64,000 nt of DNA from Amphiscolops sp. MND2022 (taxonomy: Eukaryota), in NCBI GenBank assembly GCA_964187785.1, contig OZ076409.1, positions 6,946,001 to 7,010,000 of the forward strand, in the 5' to 3' direction. Of this stretch, positions 49,768-61,484 are shown one piece after another. How positions within the stretch are numbered: position 1 is the first letter of the stretch; each line of letters begins with the position of its first letter. The notes under the pieces are model-generated. The model saw only the letters and a program-made list of their open reading frames with translations, did not search any database and was not told the DNA's origin. The position numbers were made by a program, and so were the translations under genes.

Positions 49768-50531
49768 GAGCTTCCCATGATTCGGCTGGAGGCGGAATTT
49801 CGTCGTCGGAAGTTTCGCCGTGGGAAATTTCGTCGTATTAGCAATTCCATAAATTTCGTTATCATAATCATCGCCGTCAGATTTTTCTCGTATTGATCAG
49901 AATTAACAGCGTTCAAGAAAGGATTCCATTAAATAATTATTCAATTATTTAATTATCAAAATAACATCTTGAGAACAGGTTTAATTTTGACACAAAAATC
50001 CACTCCATTTATTATAGTGTGACATATACGCTAATATGCGACAACGTTTTATAGAACGTTATTACCAACGACGCAATTTCTAACGACCAAATTCAACGAC
50101 GAAATTTTGATTACGTACCAAATAACAGAAGAGCAAATAACAAAAACGAAATTAGTCCCATTTAGCATGAAAATGAAATTATTTTCATATAACATTCATA
50201 CTTTTTTCAGTGAATCTTTTGAATTGTGAATGCTGTTGACCACTAAACCTTTCTTGTAAACAATTTTATTTTTATGTCTAGTGAAACTAGTTTCATTTTT
50301 ATGTTATTTGGGAATCCACCGAAGAGTTGCATTGAAATGATAGGGCATATGCGACAACGTTTTATAGAACGTTATTACCGACGACGCAATTTCTGACGAC
50401 CAAATTTCCGACCACGAAATTTTGGTAATCGATTCGGCACTTTCCGTTAATTAATGCGTCAGTCCCACTGGGTGCTAACCCTAACCATGAGGTCGTTCTA
50501 TTTTTGCGATACCCCCCTATCAGGGAAGCTC
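49768..50531. mobile_element. Foldback-like element with inverted ~15-bp subrepeats
   Basis: Left AATTTCGTCGT units, right ACGAC/ACGA...AATTT units; outer inverted GAGCTTCCC..TGAT / ATCAGGGAAGCTC. Confidence 0.45.
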
Positions 50532-50949
50532 TTGCAGAGATATACCTGATGGGTGGATTTTGATGAAATGATAGGATAATCTCGCTTGTATTGTTTTTTC
50601 CCAGGGAAGGGAGGGGATTTGATTAGATTGGTACGTAGGCTGACTAAGAAAAATTTCCGCCTGGAACATTTGCGTCATTTCAACCAAGAACAACTGCACT
50701 TAACGTAAATGATTGTGATTTCTTGATGTGTGAAGGAAACGTTTCAAAGATTTCGCTTTCCGTCGAATGGTTGTCTTCACTGAAGTCACCTAATTGCCTT
50801 CATTTCGTGGTGTTTTCTGTAGCTCTTGAAGTTTACAATCCAGGTCTTTTTTGAGAAAAAGGTGAAGTGTCTTTTCGCTTCACAGTCACTTGATTTATTT
50901 GGAATCACAACACTTCACAATTCCATTTGAGGATGTTCGTTCGAGCAAA

Positions 50950-51432
50950 TTTTTAGTCGGCGCTTTTCTAGTGAAAAGTGCCCGACTCTTACAGTGGCTA
51001 GTTTTTTTCCTTTTTTTTCGTCAGACTACAATCTTACTCTGATTGGGCCACTTTTCTTACAATCGAAACTACTAAAACTACCATAAGGTCAAGTCCGGTC
51101 AGCGGAAATTAGTGCAAAAGGGTCCCTCTTTCATTTTTTACTATTTTAACGTAACCTACAAAACCGGACGAGACTAAAGGGTCCCCCTTTCGATTTTTTT
51201 CGGCATTGTGCGACTTTTTTTCGAGAATTTTTTATTGTCTCAAAAGAGTCCCCCTTTCGAGTTTTTTGATATTTTGCAACAGAATATATGTTAATAAAGC
51301 CCAAAGGGTCCCCCCTTTTACATTTTTCGGCACTAAGCGACATTTTCTGAAAGAAAAAAATTTTCAAAAAAGAATATTTTCCGCTTTTTGAGCCTTAGAT
51401 ATAGGGCCGACTTTAGACGTTTTCGTCTTGTT
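50950..51432 (+). mobile_element. Family A copy
   Basis: TTTTTAGTCGGCGCTTTTCTAGTGAAAAGTGCCCGACT (5' hairpin) ... GCCGACTTTAGACGTTTTCGTCTTGTT. Confidence 0.85.
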
Positions 51433-51636
51433 CTTATTACTATTTAAGGTGTTCGATCTTATAATAATTCTGATCGACGGTTGAAACAGTAGAGCGTCGT
51501 TGTTTATTGTTTTTTCTTGAACTCAGTTGATAGAATAGTATAGAATAATATAGAATAAAATAAAATAAATTATTTTGTGTTCCAAAGGGGGTACAAACTA
51601 CAACATGTATAAACCTACATCAGTTTCAGTTTTGGA

Positions 51637-52069
51637 CAGGGTTGGCCAAAATAAAACATGGGTGTTTTAAAACACGTTTTAAAACAGTTTTAAAACACTG
51701 TTTTATTTTGAATAAAATACAATCCCATCAAAGGTTTTTTATTTCATTTAGATGTAATCGTTGTAGACAGACAAGTAGGCGTCTAAAATGAGCAAAATAA
51801 TGAAATGTCAAGTGAAAATGAAAATCCATCTCGAAGGGTTACTGAAATTGCCACTCGAAATGGCATGTCTAGTCCATCCACTCTGATCTTCGCAACAGGC
51901 TTGGAGTTCAGAAAGTTGAAAAACTTACTTTTGTGATTCGATATTTGAATGATATTGAATAAGATCATTCTTTCAAGCTTGTTTTTCTGTTTTTGTCCGA
52001 GGGAATTTTAAAATGTTTTAAAACGTTTGTTTTGTATAAAATTAATTTAAAACAGAATGGCCAACGCTG
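51637..52069. mobile_element. hAT-type MITE
   Basis: TIR CAGGGTTGGCCA...TGGCCAACGCTG; exact TSD GTTTTGGA; GTTTTAAAAC subterminal repeats. Confidence 0.85.
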
Positions 52070-53003
52070 GTTTTGGAGTACCGTGATTTTACTGTGAAGA
52101 AACGAAGCAAATGTTTTCAGTATTTTCAAATCAGTTATATTCATCAGCTGGTCAAACTTAATGTCGTTTGGGTACTTATGATGTTTAAACTGCAGCTTCT
52201 TCCATTTTTCGTCAAGACTTTTTCGCGATTGCTGAGTCAAGTTGTGTGAGGTCGACAAAGTAGCAAATTCATACAGGATCGAATTGTGACTGGATTTTAT
52301 CTCGAATCGAAAGATGTGAAATTTACTTCAATATCACACCATGACATCTAGTGTCCTAAATGCAGATGCGAAGCGGCAGGTTTTGATTAAGGCCGGTTTT
52401 TTTGGGGGGGGGGGGTAGCGCAAAACGCCCCGTAAAAAGGAAGGCCTAGTCATACTACCAATTTTGAATGTCCATTTGAATTCATCTTAAGATTATCTTT
52501 TTCGATACCAAATAATTCGGTCCCAAATAATTCCACTCCAAACAATTTGGTTGCAATTTTCTATTCCAAATAATTCTCGACTCTTTCGGAAATAATTCCT
52601 TGTTTCGGAATTTTAGTGACAAACGATACTCGTCCGGATACAGTGCGTCTTTTCAAATGTTTCTCACTGGTAATAGAAAAGTTGGCCGGCCTTTCAGGAA
52701 AAGTTGAACTTGCTAAACAAAACTTCAATGAGAAAGTTTAAAGTTCCCTGAATGATGGAATGCCTATAAATTGTTAGGAATAAATACCTTTGTGATTCTT
52801 TTCTGGCTTTGATTCTATTTTTATTGACTCTTATTCTTTTAGTTTTTTACTTCGAATGAAACCGGAAAAATCATTAAAGCACTACAAAGTGAAAGCAAAT
52901 CGCTACTTGAGAGTCCGAAATTGCATTAAAGTGAACCTTAAAGAAAAAAGAATGATCACGAGGAAAATAAAATCGTTTGAAGTTCCATAGCCCGTGGCTT
53001 TAA

Positions 53004-55025
53004 CCTTAACTTGGCCAATGTGCCAAATTTGGCACATTTAGTTTCTGCAAATTCTTAACGCACCAGCTGATTGTATGGTAAAGCAAACCCTTTAATAAGA
53101 GTTTCAGACAATATTGCATAGCATTCGGCGCCTTTTCACGGAAAATTGACGTGATGTCTCCAAAATCCAGAAAATGAGGCGAAAAAATCAAAAGAAAAAT
53201 AAGTGCAGATTTTCCGTTTTCCCAGTTTTTGTTTGTGCCCTTTTTATCCCACTGGTATCAACATTGGGTCAAAGCGGCCCCAGCATGTTTTGAAACATGC
53301 TGAAAAGCAAGCAGAGACACGGCGCGTGCAAAGTTTTGGCGCAAAGTTCGGAGCCAGTGCGGCGAAGCCGCACGCCAGCGGAGAAGTTCGCGCAAAAAAC
53401 ATTGCACGCAAGGGGCCCGCGCTAGCGGGCCCCAAGCCCAGCAGTTTAAAAATTGATTTGAAAGCCCCAATGCTCCTCTTTCGAACGCTGCATAAATCGT
53501 TTGTCGGACTTGTATAGTTCAGGAGATATTGCGGTTTACAGTTGAAGCACCCGATTTTTGGATGGAACCAGATTTTTCCTGGCCAACTTAAGGTTAACAA
53601 GAAAAATACTAAATGTTTCAAATTGCGCTCAGGCTATCATTTTCAGTTGTTTTAAGTCCTGAAATGAGTTTTTGCATCATTTAGGCCAAGTTTTGAGCTT
53701 TTCATTTTCGTCGCATTAACCTTAACTTGGCCAATGTGCCAAATTTGGCACATTTAGTTTTTGCAAATTCTTAACGCACCAGCTGATTGTATGGTAAAGC
53801 AAACCCTTTAATAAGAGTTTCAGACAATATTGCATAGCATTCGGCGCCTTTTCACGGAAAATTGACGTGATGTCCCCAAAATCCAGAAAATGAGGCGAAA
53901 AAATCAAAAGAAAAATAAGTGCAGATTTTCCGTTTTCCCAGTTTTCGTTTGTGCCCTTTTTATCCCACTGGTATCAACATTGTGTCAAAGCGGCCCCAGC
54001 ATGTTTTGAAACATGCTGAAAAGCAAGCAGAGACACGGCGCGTGCAAAGTTTTGGCGCAAAGTTCGGAGCCAGTGCGGCGAAGCCGCACGCCAGCGGAGA
54101 AGTTCGCGCAAAAAACATTGCACTCAAGGGGCCCGCGCTAGCGGGCCCCAATCCCAGCAGTTTAAAAATTGATTTGAAAGCCCCAATGCTCCTCTTTCGA
54201 ACGCTGTATAAATCGTTTGTCGGACTTGTATAGTTCAGGAGATATTGCGGTTTACAGTTGAAGCACCCGATTTTTGGATGGAACCAGATTTTTCCTGGCC
54301 AACTTAAGGTTAACAAGAAAAATACTAAATGTTTCAAATTGCGCTCAGGCTATCATTTTCAGTTGTTTTAAGTCCTGAAATGAGTTTTTGCATCATTTAG
54401 GCCAAGTTTTGAGCTTTTCATTTTCGTCGCATTAACCTTAACTTGGCCAATGTGCCAAATTTGGCACATTTAGTTTTTGCAAATTCTTAACGCACCAGCT
54501 GATTGTATGGTAAAGCAAACCCTTTAATAAGAGTTTCAGACAATATTGCATAGCATTCGGCGCCTTTTCACGGAAAATTGACGTGATGTCCCCAAAATCC
54601 AGAAAATGAGGCGAAAAAATCAAAAGAAAAATAAGTGCAGATTTTCCGTTTTCCCAGTTTTCGTTTGTGCCCTTTTTATCCCACTGGTATCAACATTGTG
54701 TCAAAGCGGCCCCAGCATGTTTTGAAACATGCTGAAAAGCAAGCAGAGACACGGCGCGTGCAAAGTTTTGGCGCAAAGTTCGGAGCCAGTGCGGCGAAGC
54801 CGCACGCCAGCGGAGAAGTTCGCGCAAAAAACATTGCACGCAAGGGGCCCGCGCTAGCGGGCCCCAATCCCAGCAGTTTAAAAATTGATTTGAAAATCCC
54901 AATGCTCCTCTTTCGAACGCTGTATAAATCGTTTGTCGGACTTGTATAGTTCAGGAGATATTGCGATTTAAAGTTGAAGCACCCGATTTTTGGATGGAAC
55001 CAGATTTTTCCTGGCCAACTTAAGG
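53004..55025 (+). mobile_element. Tandem triplet of piggyBac-type MITE (53004-53593, 53720-54309, 54436-55025)
   Basis: Each copy is TTAA-flanked with TIRs; period 716 bp; the two ~118-bp spacers are identical. Confidence 0.9.
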
Positions 55026-55344
55026 TTAAACTGTCAACAATTATCATCAAAAGTCAAAAGTGTGCCGCTGAATTCCCTTTTGAGATGTAGTTGACATCCA
55101 TTGACGTGGAACTTCTTCGGTTCCTTCAGGAAATCGGAACTAATAGGACAAAATGAAGTGTGATCCTCATTCTTCTTGTGTGTGAATTTTTGTTGGGTTG
55201 TTGGGTCATAAGTCTTTGGATCAATTTTCTACTCGCCATGTCGTATTTGTTCATGACCAATTGCCATTTTTGGGCAGCGCTTTTCTAGTGAAAAGTGCCC
55301 GACTATTACAGTGGCTAGTTTTCTTTTTTCGTCAGACCACAGAC

Positions 55345-55808
55345 CAGGGTTCGGAAAAAAACAAGATATTGAAAAAATCGTGTTTAAAACGTTTAAAACA
55401 TTAAATTTTTTTGTTTAAAACGTTCAAAACTCTAGATCTATCACAAATACTTCTAACACTAAACAACCTAAAACCTGAGTTTACTCCAGTAAGCGAAGAC
55501 AAAACAAGTTTGTTGTCGATTTCGTGTTTTGTTGTGGACGAAACCCAGGGTGCTGAAAGCCCAGGGTGTGGACAAAACCTGCGGAACTTGGAATAAGAAC
55601 CAGAAGCGCATCGGCAATTTTCGTGTTGTCTTCCGCCAAATTGCACAAGATTACTTGAGTTTTTTAGCGATTTTAGGAACTTGAAAATACCTATTACCAA
55701 AATAAAAACAATTGAACAAAATGAAGATTTTTGTCGTGTTTAAAACTCTGTTTAAAACACGTTTAAAACGCGTTTAAAACACGGCATGTTTTAATTATGC
55801 GAACCCTG
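55345..55808 (-). mobile_element. hAT deletion derivative, family C
   Basis: CAGGGTTCGG...GCGAACCCTG; exact TSD CCACAGAC; inverse homologue of 28209-28604. Confidence 0.9.
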
Positions 55809-55904
55809 CCACAGACCTCATTCTTTTTAGTGCAGACTTTAATCGGTTTACGGGGAACCCAGCGGTCACGGGTTCGAGTCCCTGCTTTAGCCAGAAACTT
55901 GTTT

Positions 55905-56477
55905 TTATTATTTTTGCTTTAGCAGGAATCTTATTTAAATCTCAAAATGTCTACTTTTTTTCAGTACACTCAGATATTTTGTTCGGCAGTACCTATAAGC
56001 ATAAGAATTAAATTTCTCAAGCTGCCGACGACAATTCAAATTCAATTCTCGTGCGATGGAACGAGCGAGTTGTAATTATGCATTCGTAAGCTGACGTCAT
56101 TGAGATGAAGCGAGCGAATGTTCGTAATTGTGCTTTCGTTGCGCCGAGTTATTGATGAAGCGAATGAGTGTTAATTATACTTTCCTGGAGAGCTTCGCCT
56201 GCATTCAAATATTTATTTGCTTTAGTCCGAGATTTACTACTATTACTACTAAAAGACTGAATTGATTCTAGTCAGAAATTGATTCTAGAAAGAAATACTT
56301 GAGGATATTTACCTGTAACGATTTTTTAACAACAGATTTAAAGGCGGTATAAACTGGTACAGTGCTCAATTGTGCGCTAAATAATGATTAAACAGGAGTG
56401 TGTTTGTATTCCAGATATGATTCTATTATCAATGAAAGATTAAAGCAGAAATAGTAGTGTGCCCAGGGGCCTAATTT
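55905..56477 (+). mobile_element. Helentron-like family F copy
   Basis: ATTTTTGCTTTAGCAGGA ... TAAAGCAGAAAT...GCCCAGGGGCCTAATTT. Confidence 0.8.
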
Positions 56478-56585
56478 CGAACATTTGCGAAAGCACACGA
56501 GACTGAAGGGTCCCCTCTTTCATTTTTTTGGGCACTGTGCGATTTCTTTCCGAGATTTTTTTGCCTCCAAAGGGTCCCCCTTCAC

Positions 56586-57563
56586 TTTTTAGGAGTCGGA
56601 AAAAATTTTCGACTACTTATGCAATCGTGTTTTTTTTCTCCCGACCTTTTCATGAAAATTTCAAATTTCTCAAAAACTGTCCATTCGATTTTCACGAAAT
56701 TTTGCACAGTCATTCTACACCCAAAGGGGCCCCTGCGTGTGCAAAGCCATCAAAATCGTATGGCTGGGATGTGAGAAACATAGCCAAAATTAGCCCAAAA
56801 ATGGCCAAAAAACAGCCATTTTTCGACTTTTTTCGATTTTCTCAAAAACTGTCCATTCGATTTTCACGAAATTTTGCACAGTCATTCTACACCCAAAGGG
56901 GCCCCTGCGTGTGCAAAGCCATCAAAATCGTATGGCTGGGATGTGAGAAACAGCCAAAATTAGCCCAAAAATGGCCAAAAAACAGCCATTTTTCGACTTT
57001 TTTCGATTTTCTCAAAAACTGTCCATACGATTCGAACGAAATTTTCTACAGTTATTCTACACCATATTAGAATCCTATATGTGCAATGGCATCAAAATCG
57101 TATGGCTGGGATGTGAGAAACATAGCCAAAATTAGCCCAAAAATGGCCAAAAAACAGCCATTTTTCGACTTTTTTCGATTTTCTCAAAAACTGTCCATAC
57201 GATTCGAACGAAATTTTCTACAGATATTTTACACCATATTAGAGTCCTATATGTGCAATGGCATCAAAATCGTATGGCTGGGATGTGAGAAACATAGCCA
57301 AAATTAGCCCAAAAATGGCCAAAAAACAGCCATTTTTCGACTTTTTTCGATTTTCTCAAAAACTGTCCATACGATTCGAACGAAATTTTCTACAGATATT
57401 CTACACCATATTAGAGTCCTATATGTGCAATGGCATCAAAATCGTATGGCTGGGATGTGAGAAACATAGCCAAAATTAGCCCAAAAATGGTCAAAAAAGG
57501 GCCATTTTTCGACTTCAGAAAAAAACATAAGCCGACTCCTTTACCGCACATGCGGCTCTGGTT
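56586..57563 (+). mobile_element. Helentron-like family H copy with internal satellite
   Basis: 5' AGGAGTCGG with hairpin, 3' CCGACTCCT, hairpin CCGCA-CA-TGCGG, end CTCTGGTT. Confidence 0.85.
56667..57515. repeat. 170-172-bp tandem repeat, 5 units
   Basis: TTCTCAAAAACTGTCCA recurs at 56667, 56839, 57009, 57181 and 57353. Confidence 0.95.
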
Positions 57564-57748
57564 ATTTGATATTTTGCAACAGAATGGATGTTTAAAAATC
57601 AGAAAGGGCGCGCCAATACGGTTGGATGTTTTAGGGTGACTTTTGGGTTTTTTGGGTACTTTAGAAGAGAATACTTGACACTTTGAATTCTTTTTGCTAT
57701 TTTTGAGCCTTAGACATGGCGCCGACTTGGGCCGTTCCCGGGTTGTTT

Positions 57749-58082
57749 CAAGAAAATGTGCCTGACTTACAGAGGCAAGTCTTATTGTAAGACCACAGAC
57801 CTCACACTGAATGGCCCACTTTTTACAGACTTTACGCCTAAATTCTAAAGGGTACCCAAATAAGCTAAATGTTATTTTATAGTTTCACCGTATCCTCGAA
57901 ACTATTCTACACCAAAGGTTAACCCCTTTAGGTTTTTCGGCACTGTGGGACTTCTTTGGAGTTTCCTCCATCAATTTGGTTTTTCTTTCATGTTTTCAGG
58001 TATAGAAAAACGTTATTTGAGAGTATTAAATTTTTTTTAAACCTTAAGTGGGGTGTCGAATTTAGACGTTCGCGTCTTTGTT
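57749..58082 (+). mobile_element. Diverged family A copy
   Basis: GACCACAGACCTCACACT body; end TTTAGACGTTCGCGTCTTTGTT. Confidence 0.55.
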
Positions 58083-58562
58083 AAATTTGATCGAGGTGTG
58101 AAACTGACACTTGGTTAAAATCAAATTGCGATAAATTTCTCTACGTCCATGTTGTGGAGATTTTGGAGAATTTTTGCCGAAGGACTTTCAGAAAGTAATC
58201 CGAGTACAATTTTTGGGTTTCTACTAAATTTTAACGAACTGACTATTTAAAAATAGTGAGTGTTTACAAAATTGGGCCACAAGGACACTCGAAGCAGAGA
58301 AAGTTTGGCCCAGTTCTCGATTTGTATTGGCAGATCTCTCTATTGAGGTATGCGGAAAACGGCTAATTGATTGTGGGAGAGCTTGAAAGGAATCATACGT
58401 AACACATTTCCATATATGGAAAATGGATGCTTGACGTCATAATTTTCATAATATCGATTGATAGTCTCCCTGATGAAAATGAGATAGATAATGGAATGAT
58501 ATGATTTTCTTCTGATTCAAAAAATATAGCGGAAAATGCCGTCGTATGATATTTGTATGATA

Positions 58563-58942
58563 GTAGAACATGGTGCAGTGCTTAGAGCATTCGGCCTGTA
58601 CTTGGGCGATATCAGGTTCAAATCTCTCTCAAATCACCATTGTTGGGCCTTGAGCAAGTCTTTCATCCATAGCTTAGTGGTATGGTCAATGACAAAAAAA
58701 TAACGCATTTGGCGGAGAAACGCAAAACCAAAAAGAGCAACGGTGAGAAGCCAGACTTTTGTGACCTTGAGCAAGTCACTTTGAAACCACAGCTTCAAGT
58801 CCACCATTACTTGACCACTTGGCTGCAAATATGGTACCGTAGCTTGCTATGGGGAGAAAGTATCCGAAAGGGCGCTGACTTCGAGAAATAGAGCTGCTTA
58901 TTCGGCGTCCACCCCGCGAAATTGTTGAAATTAACTTTCTAC
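58563..58942 (+). mobile_element. tRNA-head SINE, copy 2
   Basis: Full-length homologue of 20504-20881 with decayed A and B boxes. Confidence 0.85.
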
Positions 58943-59427
58943 TTGTTTCCATGGATCACCTTTCCTCCTGTTAAGCATCTTTAGTCCGATGTCGTCTTGC
59001 ATTTTATGCACCATTGCGACATTGCAATTTATTGCGCATCTCAATGAACAATGCCTTCAGATTAAGCGTTACCTGAATTGAAAGAAGAGAAGCGGCCATG
59101 TTCTTGTCAATCCAGATGATAAGCTGTGATTACGATGCACTGAACCGCCTGGTTTCATGGAAAAGTGCACAAACGAATTCTCACTTAATACTCGTCACTT
59201 GTCCGGTCACGTCTCGGTTGCAGAGGCCCCTTAATCTCCGCTTTAATTGAACTCTTTTCAGACCTGCAGTCGAGGCTTCTTGTGTAATTGAAGTGTCAAA
59301 TTTTGACACCCCGATTACACCAACAACCCATATAGAGTCTTATTGCAGTTTGCAAAGGTAAACGCGGTGCAAGAGATAAATTTGTTAACCATTTCGCCCA
59401 TTTTTGAATGAATCCAGGAAAAACTTC

Positions 59428-59778
59428 GGACCATGTTTCGTATTCCCACCCCCCAGGTACACCTTGTTTCTTATCGAGTTGTTTCGACACTTGCAGAAGT
59501 CGAACTTTTTGATACTTTTCTCACAAAAAAGCAAAAATTCGCCCCTGGAACAAGCTGAAAATGTATGGGAAAGTATCAAATTTTAATGCAAATTTTCCCT
59601 GCCATAAATTTAAATGAGCAATTTCTAAACTGTGAATCAATGTGAAAGATAGCCCTATGTCGACATCAAATATTTCATTAGAACAAAATTTCAACACAAA
59701 CGATATCGACATAATGGTATTTGAACCTTGTTTCCTATTTCCTACCTATGGCCGTTTTGGGAATAAGAAACGTGGCCC
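59428..59778 (+). mobile_element. GG-terminal MITE with 8-bp TSD (Merlin-like candidate)
   Basis: GGACCATGTTTCGTATTCCCA...TGGGAATAAGAAACGTGGCCC; exact TSD AAAACTTC (59420-59427, 59779-59786). Confidence 0.75.
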
Positions 59779-60168
59779 AAAACTTCCTCTTGAATTAAAA
59801 TTTCCATATCACTCGAATTTTAAACAAGAACAAATTCTTTTCAAGTGGGCAACGCTATTAGTGCGAAAAGAACTTGAATGGACATCCAAAAATAACCCTT
59901 TCAGCGCCGATGGTGCAAAGGTTCCGGTATTTCCACATCAAACGCTTCGGCTCAAAAATGTGCTGAATTATTGAAGAGCGTGGAAGAGAAAGTGCTGAAT
60001 CAAAATGAACTTGAGTGCTGAATTTTTGAAGCCGAAAGGTAGTAGCAATATTGAGTTTATTTGTTTTCCAGGCTATTGTGTACTTTGATGTACTTTGATC
60101 GCCGCCGGGTTTTTTGAATCAAGGCTGGGAAGTTACCAGCGATGTCCGTTTATACTAATATAAATGAT

Positions 60169-60670
60169 TTTTATTTCTGCGATATCAGGAATATTATTGA
60201 AACCAAAAGAATTTTTTTCAGTACAATTCTTGTGATGCTTAAAAATTCAGATATTTTGTTCGGCAGTGACTATAAGCGTGAGAATTAAATTTCTCAAGCT
60301 GCTGACGACAATTCAATTCTCGTGCAATGGAACGAGCGAGTGGTAGTTATGCATTCGTACGCCGAATTCATTGAGATGAAGCGAGCGATTGTTCGTAATT
60401 ATGCTTTCGTACGCCGAATTAGTGAGATGAAACGAATGAGTGTTAAGTATTCGTTCGCCGAGAGCTTCGCCTGCATTCAAATGCTAATGCGAAACTTAGT
60501 CTACGCTGAGTAGTTATATCTTCTTTAGTCCGAAAAGATTTGAAGGCTGTGTAAACTGGTATAGTGATTAATGGTACAGTGCGCTATATAAATGATTCTG
60601 ATATGCTTCTATTATTGAACATGAAAGCCTAAAAGCAGAAACAATACTGTGGCCCTGCAGGGGCCTACTT
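60169..60670 (+). mobile_element. Helentron-like family F copy
   Basis: ATTTCTGC ... AAAGCAGAAAC...GGCCCTGCAGGGGCCTACTT. Confidence 0.8.
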
Positions 60671-61302
60671 ATGGAATACAGTAAATTTGTCATTTTTGAA
60701 ATTAACAGACGTCTTGCCAATCCGACATCGTTTGCTTTAAAGTTTTGGTCGAATAAAATAATTGATGTCGACATAATCCTTTCTTTTACATTGACTGCCA
60801 GTTAAAAGTTGCCCATTAGATTTTATGATCGAGAAAGTTGTTGTTGAAATATGGGCCTTTCCTGGGGGGGGGGTTGTTTGTTTCCGCCAATGCTGATGAC
60901 ATCTAATAGCAACCAGTTGATCGATCAACTTGAAAAAGTGCGTCGTCCATTTTATCGTCAGTCATGCATCCAACTTGAATTGCATTATATTGAATAGAAT
61001 GGTGATATGGAATGAAATGGAATTTTTATTTAGATAGTGTTGCTTGATGTGTTGCTTTGTGAGCTTTGGTAAAAAGCGCAATTTCACCCCAGTACCAATG
61101 CTGAGTGTCAAATACAGAATGGTTTTTGCAGAAGCACACTTTGAAGATATAGTCTACTGTTATGCTAATGATGATTGCTGGCTCGCGGTTGTGGATAACG
61201 GGAGCTTAGAATACACTATAGACTCAAAGGTCGAAAAATGCTGTCTAGTTCTCGCTTATCTTTCAATCGTCTCAAATCACATATTAATACCGCGTTCTCT
61301 GG

Positions 61303-61480
61303 GCGCACTATGTTTCTTATACCCCCTCCCCCCAAGGTACACCTTGTTCCGTATTTAACCACAGACACGAAAAAACATTTTATTCTTCAAAATGTTTCAA
61401 TAAGAGAATATGAATATAAATACAAAGAAAATTGTCTCTAGAGCTGTTTTGACACTTCCAGCAAAAATTGCCCCTAATTA
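61303..61480 (+). mobile_element. 5' part of GG-terminal MITE
   Basis: ACTATGTTTCTTATACCCCC...AGGTACACCTTG homology; truncated at a family F insertion. Confidence 0.6.
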
Positions 61481-61484
61481 TTAA

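Larger units (their letters stand above)
55267..57748 (+). mobile_element. Family A copy hosting three nested insertions
   Basis: 5' hairpin at about 55275, B-box cassette at 55871, 3' end at 57748; the body is collinear with 19961-20365 once inserts are removed. Confidence 0.75.

Noticed and set aside
53203..54949. 104-aa ORF present in all four piggyBac MITE copies as a cargo gene
   Set aside because: GTG start, overlapping open frames on both strands and near-identical copies, so conservation is uninformative; no transposase motif.
56528..57639. Repeated MASKSYGWDVRN ORFs as a tandem gene family
   Set aside because: They are translations of a 172-bp repeat whose length is not a multiple of 3.
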